DNA of 64,000 nucleotides from Candidatus Heimdallarchaeota archaeon. Lineage in GTDB: Archaea > Asgardarchaeota > Heimdallarchaeia > Heimdallarchaeales > Heimdallarchaeaceae. The notes under the pieces were generated by a model. That model saw nothing but the letters and a program-made list of their open reading frames with translations, had not been told where the DNA came from and ran no database searches. Of this stretch, positions 51,669 through 61,094 are shown in pieces (the stretch's first letter is position 1; each line of letters begins with the position of its first letter). Location: contig DXJF01000050.1 of the NCBI GenBank assembly GCA_019057375.1, positions 64,001-128,000 of the forward strand. Reading direction: 5' to 3'. The position numbers and the translations under genes were made by a program.

Positions 51669-52964
51669 TCAATCACCGATAGTATGTATTGTTTCTATAG
51701 TTTGTTTTGAAAAATTAAACATCCTTGTTCTTAGGGTCAAAAACAAAACACCGATGAATATAACTATACTAGCTGACATCATTGTATTTGTTATACCTAT
51801 AGCATCTGATGTTAATCCAGATAAAGATAAACAAGTAAAACTAAATATCTGGAGGTAGGCATTGGTTGCACTGTATGCCCTTCCTCTTACTTCATTAGGT
51901 ACTTCTTCTGCGAAATAAGCATTGATGCTCAAACCCATCATTCCATTTAAGGTACCCATTATTAACCCCAGAGCACCTATTACATAAATAGAAGTTGTAA
52001 ATTGGAAGATAAAGTAGTATATTACTAGAGAAAAAGCACCCATAGTTATTGCTCTTGAACGACCAATTTTTTTCTCAAATTTACCAAATATTAGATTTCC
52101 TGCTACAGTTCCAAATGCAATGATAGCTCCCACTATACCATATTCTGTTTGAGCAAGCTGTTCGAATAATTGATCCCCCCCATGGCGTATTTCGAATACC
52201 CAAGGGTAGAGTAAGGGACCTGCAAACGAAGCTCCAATTGTAGTAACTGTATATAATAAGATTAAAACCTTGATTATCTTGTGTTGGAATAAGTAAACAA
52301 ATCCCTCTCGCATATCTTTGAAAATAGTTTTCACGGTCAAGCGTACTTTATCTCTTGAAGCTGAAGGTATCATTGTGAAGAATATAAATATTCCAGATAC
52401 AATATAGCATCCACTTGTTATCCAAAAAGTAGGTGCTCCAAAGAATGCATAAACAGGTGCCGCAATTAATGGCCCCATCACAGCAAAGGTTTGAAAGATG
52501 AGTCGGCTAATACTAATTGCTTTAACATAAAGATTCTTACCTACAATCTCGGGTATAGCAGCCGAACGAGGAGCAGCAAAGCTTGATGAGCCCACTCCAT
52601 CTAGAAAAGCAATAATCAGTAATGGATACATAGTACTAATGAAGGGGATAGCTATGATCGAAACAGCTCTTAATAAATCTGAAGTAACCATAATTGTTTT
52701 TCTGCTAATCCTATCTGCAAATACACCAGAAATGGGTCCTATTAATATCCAAGGTAGGGTTTGTGCTGCTAAAACTAAAGTCATCTTTGTTGCAGATCCA
52801 GTGATACTATAAACATAAAGAACAATAGAGATTCTAAAGACAGCGTCACCAATATTACTAAAAGTTTGACCTGCTAGTAACTTCACGAAATTTTTGTTTT
52901 TGAAAACATCTGAGAAAGAGGATTCCTCTTTCAATTCTAAATTAGCTTCACTCATCTTTTTCAC
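51669..52964 (-). CDS. MFS transporter (DHA3/MefA-like)
   Basis: AGQTFSNIGD, GVFADRISRK, VPNEVRGR. Confidence 0.9.
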   Translation of the reverse strand: MKKMSEANLELKEESSFSDVFKNKNFVKLLAGQTFSNIGDAVFRISIVLYVYSITGSATKMTLVLAAQTLPWILIGPISGVFADRISRKTIMVTSDLLRAVSIIAIPFISTMYPLLIIAFLDGVGSSSFAAPRSAAIPEIVGKNLYVKAISISRLIFQTFAVMGPLIAAPVYAFFGAPTFWITSGCYIVSGIFIFFTMIPSASRDKVRLTVKTIFKDMREGFVYLFQHKIIKVLILLYTVTTIGASFAGPLLYPWVFEIRHGGDQLFEQLAQTEYGIVGAIIAFGTVAGNLIFGKFEKKIGRSRAITMGAFSLVIYYFIFQFTTSIYVIGALGLIMGTLNGMMGLSINAYFAEEVPNEVRGRAYSATNAYLQIFSFTCLSLSGLTSDAIGITNTMMSASIVIFIGVLFLTLRTRMFNFSKQTIETIHTIGD

Positions 52965-53038
52965 TCACTTTTGAAAAAAAGATTTAATGTAAGCTTCCTC
53001 TATGCAAAACATGTTTTTCTAAGGAAGCTAACTTTTTC

Positions 53039-53290
53039 TTACGCCATTCCATTTGAACTAAATCCTGTTTCTTTGCCTTTCTTACCATTTTTATCACCTT
53101 TCATTTTATGCCATATACCAGGTTAAATGTAAGATACATTATGCCCTACTGGATACCTAGAACGAGCTTTTACTCTTCTAGCGCGACGAGCTCTTTTGAG
53201 CTGATTCAACTCTAATTCGAGTGCCTTAATCCTTTCATCTAATGAGTTATCGATCATCAGATTTTCCATGTTAATGAGTTTAGAGGTCAT
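53039..53290 (-). CDS. Small coiled-coil/basic protein; TAA at 53123-53125 may be an internal stop
   Basis: ATG at 53290 gives MTSKL...LDERIKALELELNQLKRARRARRVKARSRYPVGHNVSYI*. The same frame continues PGIWHKMKGDKNGKKGKETGFSSNGMA*. Confidence 0.45.
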
Positions 53291-53320
53291 TTTTTTATCA
53301 CATACTTTCCTCAACAAGTT

Positions 53321-53439
53321 TTCTCAACTTGCTGAGAATTGTTCTCAAACACAGTATATGCGGTCTAGTATTTAAGGGTTTCTCAATACGTTGAGAAATG
53401 CTCTCGCTTTAGCAAGATTGTTGCCCATTCGAATGAGAA
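53321..53439. promoter_or_regulatory. Three TTCTCA-N6-TGAGAA palindromic operator sites
   Basis: 53321-53338 perfect; 53379-53398 TTTCTCAA-TACG-TTGAGAAA; 53422-53439 TGCCCA-N6-TGAGAA degenerate. TATA-like TTTATATA at 53442. Confidence 0.75.
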
Positions 53440-53483
53440 TGTTTATATAGGATTGTAAAAATGTTAACGTGGAAGTCTAATTC

Positions 53484-54119
53484 ATGAGTGACAGAACTTA
53501 TAGTGATTTCGAGCAATTAGCTGTTAAAATTATTGTAGAAGATGAAGCTTTAAAGCTTTTAGTCAATCCAATATATCGTCCAATTTTACTTGTGCTGAGA
53601 GAAGGAATCAAAACAGCAGAAGAGATTGAGGAAGCACTACTAACGAAAAAAGAGTATCAAGTAGTTACTGTGAAAGCACCTAGTTTGAAGACAATATATA
53701 GACACCTAAAAGCTTTGACTAGTGCAGGATTAGTTACTCAAGCTGGAACTAGAGGAACACAAAGACTCTTTGCTAGAACAGCTAAATTCTTTTATCTTAA
53801 AGATAGTAAAAAGGAACATTTAGTACCTGAAAAAATAAAAACAAAAGCTAAATTGCTAAGCACGATACTGCAAATTGGACTTGATATTCCAAAACCACCC
53901 TTGGATTGTTTAGGTAATTTAATAGAAAAAATATACAAATTTGAAGCTGATTGTGGTGAAGATCTTTTTACTGAACATGCTGAAGAAATAGCAGAGTTTC
54001 TAGGAGATGTTCCCCTAGAAGATTTACAAAGTATTCTAAACATGTACAGTACTATTAATTTCCTTTTGAGAAAAGATAAATTTACTAAGGATTTCAAAGA
54101 TTGTTTAAAACTAACTTAA
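53484..54119 (+). CDS. ArsR-like winged-HTH transcriptional regulator
   Basis: LLVNPIYRPILLVLREG, SLKTIYRHLKALTSAGLV, RLFARTA. Confidence 0.82.
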   Translation: MSDRTYSDFEQLAVKIIVEDEALKLLVNPIYRPILLVLREGIKTAEEIEEALLTKKEYQVVTVKAPSLKTIYRHLKALTSAGLVTQAGTRGTQRLFARTAKFFYLKDSKKEHLVPEKIKTKAKLLSTILQIGLDIPKPPLDCLGNLIEKIYKFEADCGEDLFTEHAEEIAEFLGDVPLEDLQSILNMYSTINFLLRKDKFTKDFKDCLKLT

Positions 54120-54153
54120 TCTAAGAGGATTTTGATTATTGGGGGAAACCAAA

Positions 54154-54816
54154 CTACATATCTTCTTTATCTAACAATATAATTGCTGTAAGATTCACCA
54201 TCAAAGCTACTTTCTGAGTTACTATGTCTAAACCAATATTGATAATATGACATGTCTCCAATAAACAAGCTAACAAATGTATGGCAAAGGCAAGAAATAC
54301 TAGCCAAACAAAGATAAAATCATTCCAGAAATCAAGACTTTGTCTATTTAATTCTGGTTTGTGTTTTCTCATATACCTTAAGATTTGACATACAAAGTTG
54401 AAAGCAGCAAAAGAAAGCATAAAGATAGCAGCACCTATACTATGAAATATTGCAAAAGAAGGATGGTCCCAAGGAAGCGATATTCCGATCCCTCCAACCA
54501 TCATTATTAGAAGAAGAGCTCCTTTAACATAGTTATATCGTAATTTTCTCAGGATGAAGTAAGATATGGATAACCCTAGAGCAAATATACTAACAAAAAT
54601 AAAACCAATCATCATAATTAAAGAGGATTTAGTGTTATCCAAACCGGTATCACTTTCTATCCCGCCTAAATGGCTTATAGTTTCACTAAAGAAATCATAT
54701 TTCTCTGAATAGAGAGACCATGCTAAAGCTATTGTAATTACTATTAAGAACCCTAGAGACCAAATGATGAAACGAAGATTTCTCTGAATTCTCATGATTC
54801 TATTCGAATCAATCAT
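54154..54816 (-). CDS. Membrane protein (DUF998-like)
   Basis: YDFFSETISHLG, HSIGA; about 5 TM helices. Confidence 0.6.
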   Translation of the reverse strand: MIDSNRIMRIQRNLRFIIWSLGFLIVITIALAWSLYSEKYDFFSETISHLGGIESDTGLDNTKSSLIMMIGFIFVSIFALGLSISYFILRKLRYNYVKGALLLIMMVGGIGISLPWDHPSFAIFHSIGAAIFMLSFAAFNFVCQILRYMRKHKPELNRQSLDFWNDFIFVWLVFLAFAIHLLACLLETCHIINIGLDIVTQKVALMVNLTAIILLDKEDM

Positions 54817-54895
54817 AATATTAGCATTATTTCTATTCTATATATCTGTTTCACATATTTCCATTAACTAAATGAAAATAGTTGCTAAATTACGA

Positions 54896-56161
54896 TTACT
54901 CCTTTGTTCTAAGATAGTTACATACAGATTCATAGGAAAATTTCTCTAGATTTTCTAATGCTTCACTTTCTCTATTAGCAATATAGTCTTCAATATAATG
55001 CATTATTCCGTAATCAATTACTGTCTGTTCTCTTTCTTCATCATTCAACTTAGAAAAATCTCTTTTGTAAGTATTCAGAAATCTTGCAGCTTCATTTAAT
55101 TGTCTTATTTCATATTTTGAGCTTTTGACAAAGAAACTCTTAAGATATGCTAACCTCTGAAAAAGAGCTGAAAGCTCCAAATTAGTCTTTATTCTACCTT
55201 CTGGCACATATCTTTCTGATGTATAATCTAACCCTAACTCATATCCTAGTTTATATCCTTTAATCTCAGGCCAAATTAAACCAAGTTCCTTAAATTCAGC
55301 TCTATCTAGATTCCCATATTTATCTTCATTTCCATAGAGAATCTTGTATTTTGGATAGATATCTGGGAAATGTTCTTTCAAGGTATTCATGAATTCAGTT
55401 TTGTTTCTTCCAGGTTTAAGCGTTAACCCCCAACAATAAATGAATTCAGCGTCTACTTCTTTTGCTGTCCTATAGATAGCATTCAGATTTTCATCTGTAT
55501 CTCCGATAAATGGTAATGTTGGATAGAAGTAAATTCCTGAATGAATCCCCTCAGATCTTAATTTATCAATAGCTTCAAACCTTTCTTGAGATGTGCTCGC
55601 ATTAGGTTCAAAGATTTTCTGTTTTTTCTCATCAGCTAAAGTAATTGTGAAACTGGCACAAGCGTAGGTATCTTCATTGATTTTCTTTAAAAGATCTAAA
55701 TCACGAAGAATTAGTGTATTTTTAGTAAGGAAGAAAACAGGAATCTTATAATCATAAGCTATTTGCAGAAGCTTTCTAGTCATTTTCACTTCTTTTTCAG
55801 CTGGTTGGTAAACATCACATACTCCACCACCGATGAATAGGACAAACTTCTTTGTTTTGGAAGAATCTGCAGCTTCTCTTAACTTCGGAAAGTAATCTAC
55901 GAGTGTGGATGTTTTCTCACGGTTTACCGGAAAAAAACCTTGTTTTTTAAAATAAAGTTCTAATAACTCCGGAGCATTTTTCTTTACTCTAATTCTTTGA
56001 CCAAAATCGTCATGCATGTAATAACTTTCAGCTTTACCATCACAATAAACGCAATCATGTTCGCACCCCTGGTAAGGATTAAGATAGACTTCAGCCCATG
56101 AAAACAGTGATGTTTTTGCAGTTCGAACTAAAGATTTAGCATCATATTCTTCGATTATCAT
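54896..56161 (-). CDS. Radical SAM protein, SplB/Rv2578c-like (DNA-repair-associated)
   Basis: LNPYQGCEHDCVYC (CxxxCxxC), VRLKN-like RVKKNAPELL, TKN, IFEPNA...RF. Confidence 0.88.
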   Translation of the reverse strand: MIIEEYDAKSLVRTAKTSLFSWAEVYLNPYQGCEHDCVYCDGKAESYYMHDDFGQRIRVKKNAPELLELYFKKQGFFPVNREKTSTLVDYFPKLREAADSSKTKKFVLFIGGGVCDVYQPAEKEVKMTRKLLQIAYDYKIPVFFLTKNTLILRDLDLLKKINEDTYACASFTITLADEKKQKIFEPNASTSQERFEAIDKLRSEGIHSGIYFYPTLPFIGDTDENLNAIYRTAKEVDAEFIYCWGLTLKPGRNKTEFMNTLKEHFPDIYPKYKILYGNEDKYGNLDRAEFKELGLIWPEIKGYKLGYELGLDYTSERYVPEGRIKTNLELSALFQRLAYLKSFFVKSSKYEIRQLNEAARFLNTYKRDFSKLNDEEREQTVIDYGIMHYIEDYIANRESEALENLEKFSYESVCNYLRTKE

Positions 56162-56279
56162 AGCACGACCTTTTCAAGTCAAATAAGATTTCATTATAAG
56201 AATATGCTCAAGAGAATAATAATATTACGAAAAAGAAAATAATTTATGTTAGCTCAGTTCTATTCAACATAGTGGTTTT

Positions 56280-56723
56280 ATGCACAAACTAGAATTTGAA
56301 ATAAATGTAGCAACGGAAAACCAAATCAGTGATATTAAATCCCTTCTAAAGAATTTAAACTTAGTATATGAAGATGTAGATAAATATGTTGAAAATTTTA
56401 TAGTTGTGCTGGAAAACAAACAAATAGTTGGATGTGCTGGTTTCGAAAAATATGAGGAAGTAGGCCTTTTAAGATCAGTAGCTGTAGATTCTAAACATCA
56501 AGGTAAGGGGATAGGTCACAAATTAATTAAAGAGATAAATGCAAATGCTAGTAAAAGAGAAATAAAAGAGTTCTACCTTTTAACTGATTCTGCTAGCCAA
56601 TTCTTCCATAAATTTGGCTTTGAAGAAGTTTCTAGAGCGAATGTTGATATAAGGATTAAGAAAACATATGAATACTCTGAAGCCTGTCCCGAATCTGCAA
56701 TTGTAATGAAGAAGATTCTTTAA
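56280..56723 (+). CDS. arsN2: ArsN2-like GNAT N-acetyltransferase
   Basis: GLLRSVAV, QGKGIG, YLLTDSA...FF..FGF, C-terminal CPESAIVM. Confidence 0.75.
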   Translation: MHKLEFEINVATENQISDIKSLLKNLNLVYEDVDKYVENFIVVLENKQIVGCAGFEKYEEVGLLRSVAVDSKHQGKGIGHKLIKEINANASKREIKEFYLLTDSASQFFHKFGFEEVSRANVDIRIKKTYEYSEACPESAIVMKKIL

Positions 56724-56805
56724 TTATTTTTATACCAAAAACATATATTTAACATAACTTGAAAAACTGAAGAATTGTGTGAAATTATACAAGTGAGAGT
56801 TAGCT

Positions 56806-59163
56806 ATGGAAGACAAGGCCATTATTCAGACATCTATAAGGAATCTAGTGGAATATGTACTCAGAAAAGGAGATATTTCATATGGATTCTTCAGTCAGTC
56901 TAGATTGGTCGAAGGGACTAAAGTACATCAAAAGATTCAAGCTTCAAGAGGGAAAGAGTACCAGAAAGAAGTTCATATTGCTGAAGATATTGTAAGAAGA
57001 AGCGCAATTATAAGTCTTAGAGGTCGCATAGATGGTGTTTTTGAGAAAGAAGGTGTGATTTTCATTGAAGAAATTAAAAGCACATCACAGAATTTTATCG
57101 GTTTATCAAAAGAATCAAATGAGAACTATTGGGCTCAAGCTAAATTCTATGCGTTTCTGTATGCTAGAAAACACAAAATGGAGGAAATTAATGTTCAACT
57201 GACATATTATCAAATCAATACCAAACAGATTAAATTATTTACAATTAAGTATACTCTTCAAGAACTCGAAAAGTTCTGTTTAAACATCATTGATCAATAT
57301 CTAGAATGGGCAGTTACTTTATCAAATTGGTTGAAAAAGAGAAGTTCGAGTATTAAGAATCTATCTTTCCCATTTCCATCCTTTCGAAAAGGTCAAGAGA
57401 AGATGATTAAAATTGTTGAAGAGGTTCTTTCAGATAAGAATAAGCTTCTATGTCAAGCTCCTACAGGAATAGGAAAAACTATTGGAGCTGTTTATCCTTC
57501 AATAAAATTACTTAGAACTAGCTTTGACTCAAAAATCTTTTATCTAACTGCAAAAACGACTACACGATTTATAGCAGAAGAAACACTAGATATGCTTAGA
57601 AAAGTAGGGTTGAGTTTGAAATCTGTTTCAATCACAGCTAAAGCAAAAATCTGTTTTAAAGAGAAAGACATATGTGACCCAAATTACTGTGAGTATGCTA
57701 AAGGACACTTCAACAGAGTAAATACAGCTATCAAAGATATATTTCAAGAAGAAGCTTTTACAAAGTCGATGATCGAAAAATATGCAAGGAAACACAAAGT
57801 ATGTCCCTTTGAGTTGTCTTTAGATTTAGCTCTCTGGTCTGACTGTATAATCTGTGATTATAATTATGCATTTGACCCAAGGGTTTTTCTCAAACGTTTC
57901 TTTGCTGAAGAAAAAGGAGATTATACTTTCCTGATTGATGAAGCCCATAATTTGGTAGATAGAGCTAGAAAGATGTTCTCTGCAGAACTTCTGAAGAAAC
58001 CTTTCATGAAACTAAGAAGAGCAACTAAAGAGGAAATACCTGAAATCTCCAAAATTCTGAATAAAATCAACCAATATATGATTAAAATTAGGAAAAGATG
58101 TGAGGAGAAAGAACAATTTTACATTGTTCAGAAAGAGCTACCAGAAGAGGAACTTTTCAAGATGTTAAGAAAATTCTCAAACTTAACTTCAGATTGGTTG
58201 GAGGTGAACATTCCTACGGATTTCAGAGAGGAATTGTTAGAGTTGTTTTTTGATGTTAGAAATTTCTTGCGTGTTGCAGAAGAATATGACAGTTATTATG
58301 TAACATACTTTAGGAAATATAGAAGCAATGTGATGATTAAATTATACTGTATAGATCCTTCAAAATTGTTGAAGAAAGCTCTCAATAGAGGAAATACAGC
58401 AATATTCTATTCAGCCACTTTAACCCCTTTAGATTATTTTGCTTATCTTCTTGGTGGAGATAAAGGAAGCACTAAGATGCAGCTACCATCACCCTTTCCA
58501 AGGGAAAATTTAGCTCTAATGATAGAAGATCACATTTCTACTAGATATGTTGATAGAGAACAATCTTACAAAGAAGTAGCTGATCTCATTCTTAGAGTGA
58601 CTAAACCTAAGATAGGGAATTATCTGATCTATTTTCCATCATATGTGTATTTAGAGAATGTTTTAGAGGAGTTCGAGGAAGTTAAAGAAGAAGCTGAAAT
58701 TATTGTTCAAACTCAAGGAATGACAGAACAACAAAGAGAAGAATTTTTAGAAAAATTCTCAGATTTTGGAAAGACAACACTGATTGGATTTGCAGTGATG
58801 GGAGGAATATTTGGAGAGGGTATAGATCTCATTGGTGAAAAATTGTCTGGCGCTGTTGTTGTAGGAGTCGGATTACCTAAAGTAAGTCTAGAACAAAATC
58901 TCATAAAAGACTATTTTGATGCAGAAAATGGTAAGGGATTTCTGTTTGCATATACTTATCCTGGAATGAATAAGGTGATGCAAGCAGCTGGTAGAGTTAT
59001 TAGAACAGAAAAGGATCAAGGAGTTGTTCTTCTGATTGGGGACAGATATTCAACAAATACTTATACAAAGCTCTTTCCTGAAGCATGGCAAGATATTAAG
59101 CTAATAAACAATAAAAACCAGTTATCTAAAATGATAGAAAGTTTTTGGAAAGAAGAATATTAA
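56806..59163 (+). CDS. DinG/XPD-family Fe-S helicase with N-terminal PD-(D/E)xK nuclease
   Basis: GTKVH...GRIDG...EEIKS...Q...Y nuclease; APTGIGKT; four Fe-S Cys; IDEAHN; SATL; FGEGID; QAAGRVIR. Confidence 0.9.
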   Translation: MEDKAIIQTSIRNLVEYVLRKGDISYGFFSQSRLVEGTKVHQKIQASRGKEYQKEVHIAEDIVRRSAIISLRGRIDGVFEKEGVIFIEEIKSTSQNFIGLSKESNENYWAQAKFYAFLYARKHKMEEINVQLTYYQINTKQIKLFTIKYTLQELEKFCLNIIDQYLEWAVTLSNWLKKRSSSIKNLSFPFPSFRKGQEKMIKIVEEVLSDKNKLLCQAPTGIGKTIGAVYPSIKLLRTSFDSKIFYLTAKTTTRFIAEETLDMLRKVGLSLKSVSITAKAKICFKEKDICDPNYCEYAKGHFNRVNTAIKDIFQEEAFTKSMIEKYARKHKVCPFELSLDLALWSDCIICDYNYAFDPRVFLKRFFAEEKGDYTFLIDEAHNLVDRARKMFSAELLKKPFMKLRRATKEEIPEISKILNKINQYMIKIRKRCEEKEQFYIVQKELPEEELFKMLRKFSNLTSDWLEVNIPTDFREELLELFFDVRNFLRVAEEYDSYYVTYFRKYRSNVMIKLYCIDPSKLLKKALNRGNTAIFYSATLTPLDYFAYLLGGDKGSTKMQLPSPFPRENLALMIEDHISTRYVDREQSYKEVADLILRVTKPKIGNYLIYFPSYVYLENVLEEFEEVKEEAEIIVQTQGMTEQQREEFLEKFSDFGKTTLIGFAVMGGIFGEGIDLIGEKLSGAVVVGVGLPKVSLEQNLIKDYFDAENGKGFLFAYTYPGMNKVMQAAGRVIRTEKDQGVVLLIGDRYSTNTYTKLFPEAWQDIKLINNKNQLSKMIESFWKEEY

Positions 59164-59750
59164 AGTTCTCCACGCAAGTAATGATGAATCGCTTCTGTCT
59201 GAGTACTCTTTATGATTTCGCTGACTAAAATCTGAAAAGCATCATTAACATTGTCTCCAAACTTTGCAGATGTTTCAATGTATGGGATGTTATATCCACT
59301 CCAATTTGAGAGGGATTTTGCGTATTTTTCTCCATATTCAGCAGGAATGGTATTATATAATGAACCACGTAAATCGTTTTTATTCCCAATTAAAACTAAT
59401 GGAACTTTCCTATTTTGATTATTCTTAAGTAATTCTCGAACCCAATCTGAAAGGTGTTCATAAGAATCAGGACGAGTTAAATCAAAGACTAGAAGAGCAC
59501 CTTTAACTCCTTTGTAAAATCCTTCACGGACAGCTGAAAATCGAGGTTGACCAGCAAGATCCCAGATAATTAATGTAACTTCGTAGTCATTAACATTCAA
59601 TGTTTTGGTAGCGAAATCAGCACCTAAAGTCATTTGATAATCGCGATCGAATCCTTCCCCTATATAATTTTTCCGCAAACTTGTCTTTCCGACCGCGCCT
59701 TCACCAAGTAGCGCTATTTTAAATTTTTTTGTTTCCAGTTAAGACACCAT
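59160..59750 (-). CDS. Rab/Ras-like small GTPase; the ATG-led frame has an in-frame TAA at codon 4
   Basis: G1 GEGAVGKT (upstream of the track ORF), G2 YQMTLGADF, G3 WDLAGQ, G4 NKND, G5 ETSAK. The 5' end reads ATG GTG TCT TAA CTG GAA ACA AAA. Confidence 0.9.
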
Positions 59751-59762
59751 GTTTTTTACTCT

Positions 59763-59779
59763 AATTACTACTAGTAATT
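59763..59779. promoter_or_regulatory. Inverted repeat AATTACTA-C-TAGTAATT between the TATA-like element and the GTPase ATG
   Basis: Perfect 8-bp arms; TATA-like AT tract about 59782-59793. Confidence 0.5.
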
Positions 59780-60035
59780 CTAATATATTATATGCCTTTT
59801 GGTTGGTTTAAAATATAATCTGTGTATATTTAGGAGATTTTAGATGATTTCCCGACAAAAAGAGTATGTAAGTATGTTTCCTCTCATAAGTCTGCTTTCA
59901 TTCGTGTGTGATTTTGTCTTCCACTTTGCATTACATATTGTTGTAGAAGGCATTTTTACCTTCATTTATTTTTCAATACAGGAAATTCTACAATAGTTTC
60001 ATTTCTCAAAAAAAAAGAAAGGAAAGTTTTCCTTT

Positions 60036-60947
60036 TTATTTTTTTACTGGGAAGTATAAAATGAATGGGATTTTATTTCCATCACTTATTTTAGGGTTAG
60101 TATTTTCTTCTAAACATTGATGTGGTGCAAATTTGTATTCTTTACTTTCCTTAACCCAGTCACTTAATTCTTTCCAAGCTCTTCCCAAATCATGTACTCC
60201 AACACAACTCTTAGTTACGAATAAGCCTTCAGGAATTGTTTTAACTGTCAAATTATCATCAACTTCAAAATCATCATCTATGGTCATCCAAAATTCATAA
60301 CCATATGGATTTTCTTTGTTTACGATAAACGATCCACTTTCTTTATCATATTTTGGATCTGGATTATTGAAACCGAATACTCTATGTTTTTCTGGTTCAT
60401 CATATAGTCCGTGTGGTTCAGCCCATGCATACAATTTTCCCCCTGCTTTTGGTTCAGGGTCACCTAAAAATTCTCCCATAGCGTGAAAGGATACAACTTT
60501 CATTTCCGGTAAATTTACTATTTTGAAATCATTTTCTTTAACCATTTTTGTTTCACTACCTAATACTGTGTATTTATTGATTAACGCTTCATAGCGTAAT
60601 CTAAGGGTTTCAAGCTTTTCCTGTTCTCGAATTTTTATCTCAAGAAAAGTTTTAGCTGAACTTGTAAGAATATCTTCACCATCAAAAGAAATCTGATAAA
60701 ATCCTCTTTCTCTCTTTTCAACTAAGCCACAATCAACTAAAGTTGTAAGGTGGTTAGCTAGTGAAGTCTTAGCTATTCTCAGTTTTTCTTGTAGATCACT
60801 AAATTCCATAGGTTCAGTTAGCAATCTAGCGAGTATTTCTAGTCTTGTAGGATGATCTAATGCTTTATGGAGATTAGTTATTTCCTCTAAAGATTCGAGA
60901 ATAAACAACTGAATTGATTCTTTGTTATGAAAAGGCATGTTACCCAT
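60036..60947 (-). CDS. ArsR HTH fused to GyrI-like effector-binding domain
   Basis: ALDHPTRLEIL...SLANHLTTL HTH; VNLPEMKV, VFGFNNPDP, YGYEFW, IPEGLF, HQCLEE. Confidence 0.85.
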   Translation of the reverse strand: MGNMPFHNKESIQLFILESLEEITNLHKALDHPTRLEILARLLTEPMEFSDLQEKLRIAKTSLANHLTTLVDCGLVEKRERGFYQISFDGEDILTSSAKTFLEIKIREQEKLETLRLRYEALINKYTVLGSETKMVKENDFKIVNLPEMKVVSFHAMGEFLGDPEPKAGGKLYAWAEPHGLYDEPEKHRVFGFNNPDPKYDKESGSFIVNKENPYGYEFWMTIDDDFEVDDNLTVKTIPEGLFVTKSCVGVHDLGRAWKELSDWVKESKEYKFAPHQCLEENTNPKISDGNKIPFILYFPVKK

Positions 60948-61094
60948 TCTATACCATCTCTTGTGTATTCATAAGCTTGGGTTAGTGAATTAATGAATAC
61001 TAGAATAGATGAACATATGAATAAATACATTTTGCACAAATTTTCCATCAACTGAAAAACTAATAAAGCCTTTTTCTTTCTGAGACTTGATACT

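Noticed and set aside
56806-57300. Cas4-like nuclease suggesting a CRISPR or type IV system
   Set aside because: No repeat-spacer array or cas genes are present; it fits a stand-alone DinG-family nuclease-helicase.
59808-60002. Minus-strand protein-like text with several stops, and a 50-codon hydrophobic plus-strand ORF
   Set aside because: Mixed stop types and no recognisable homology; cannot be supported as a gene.
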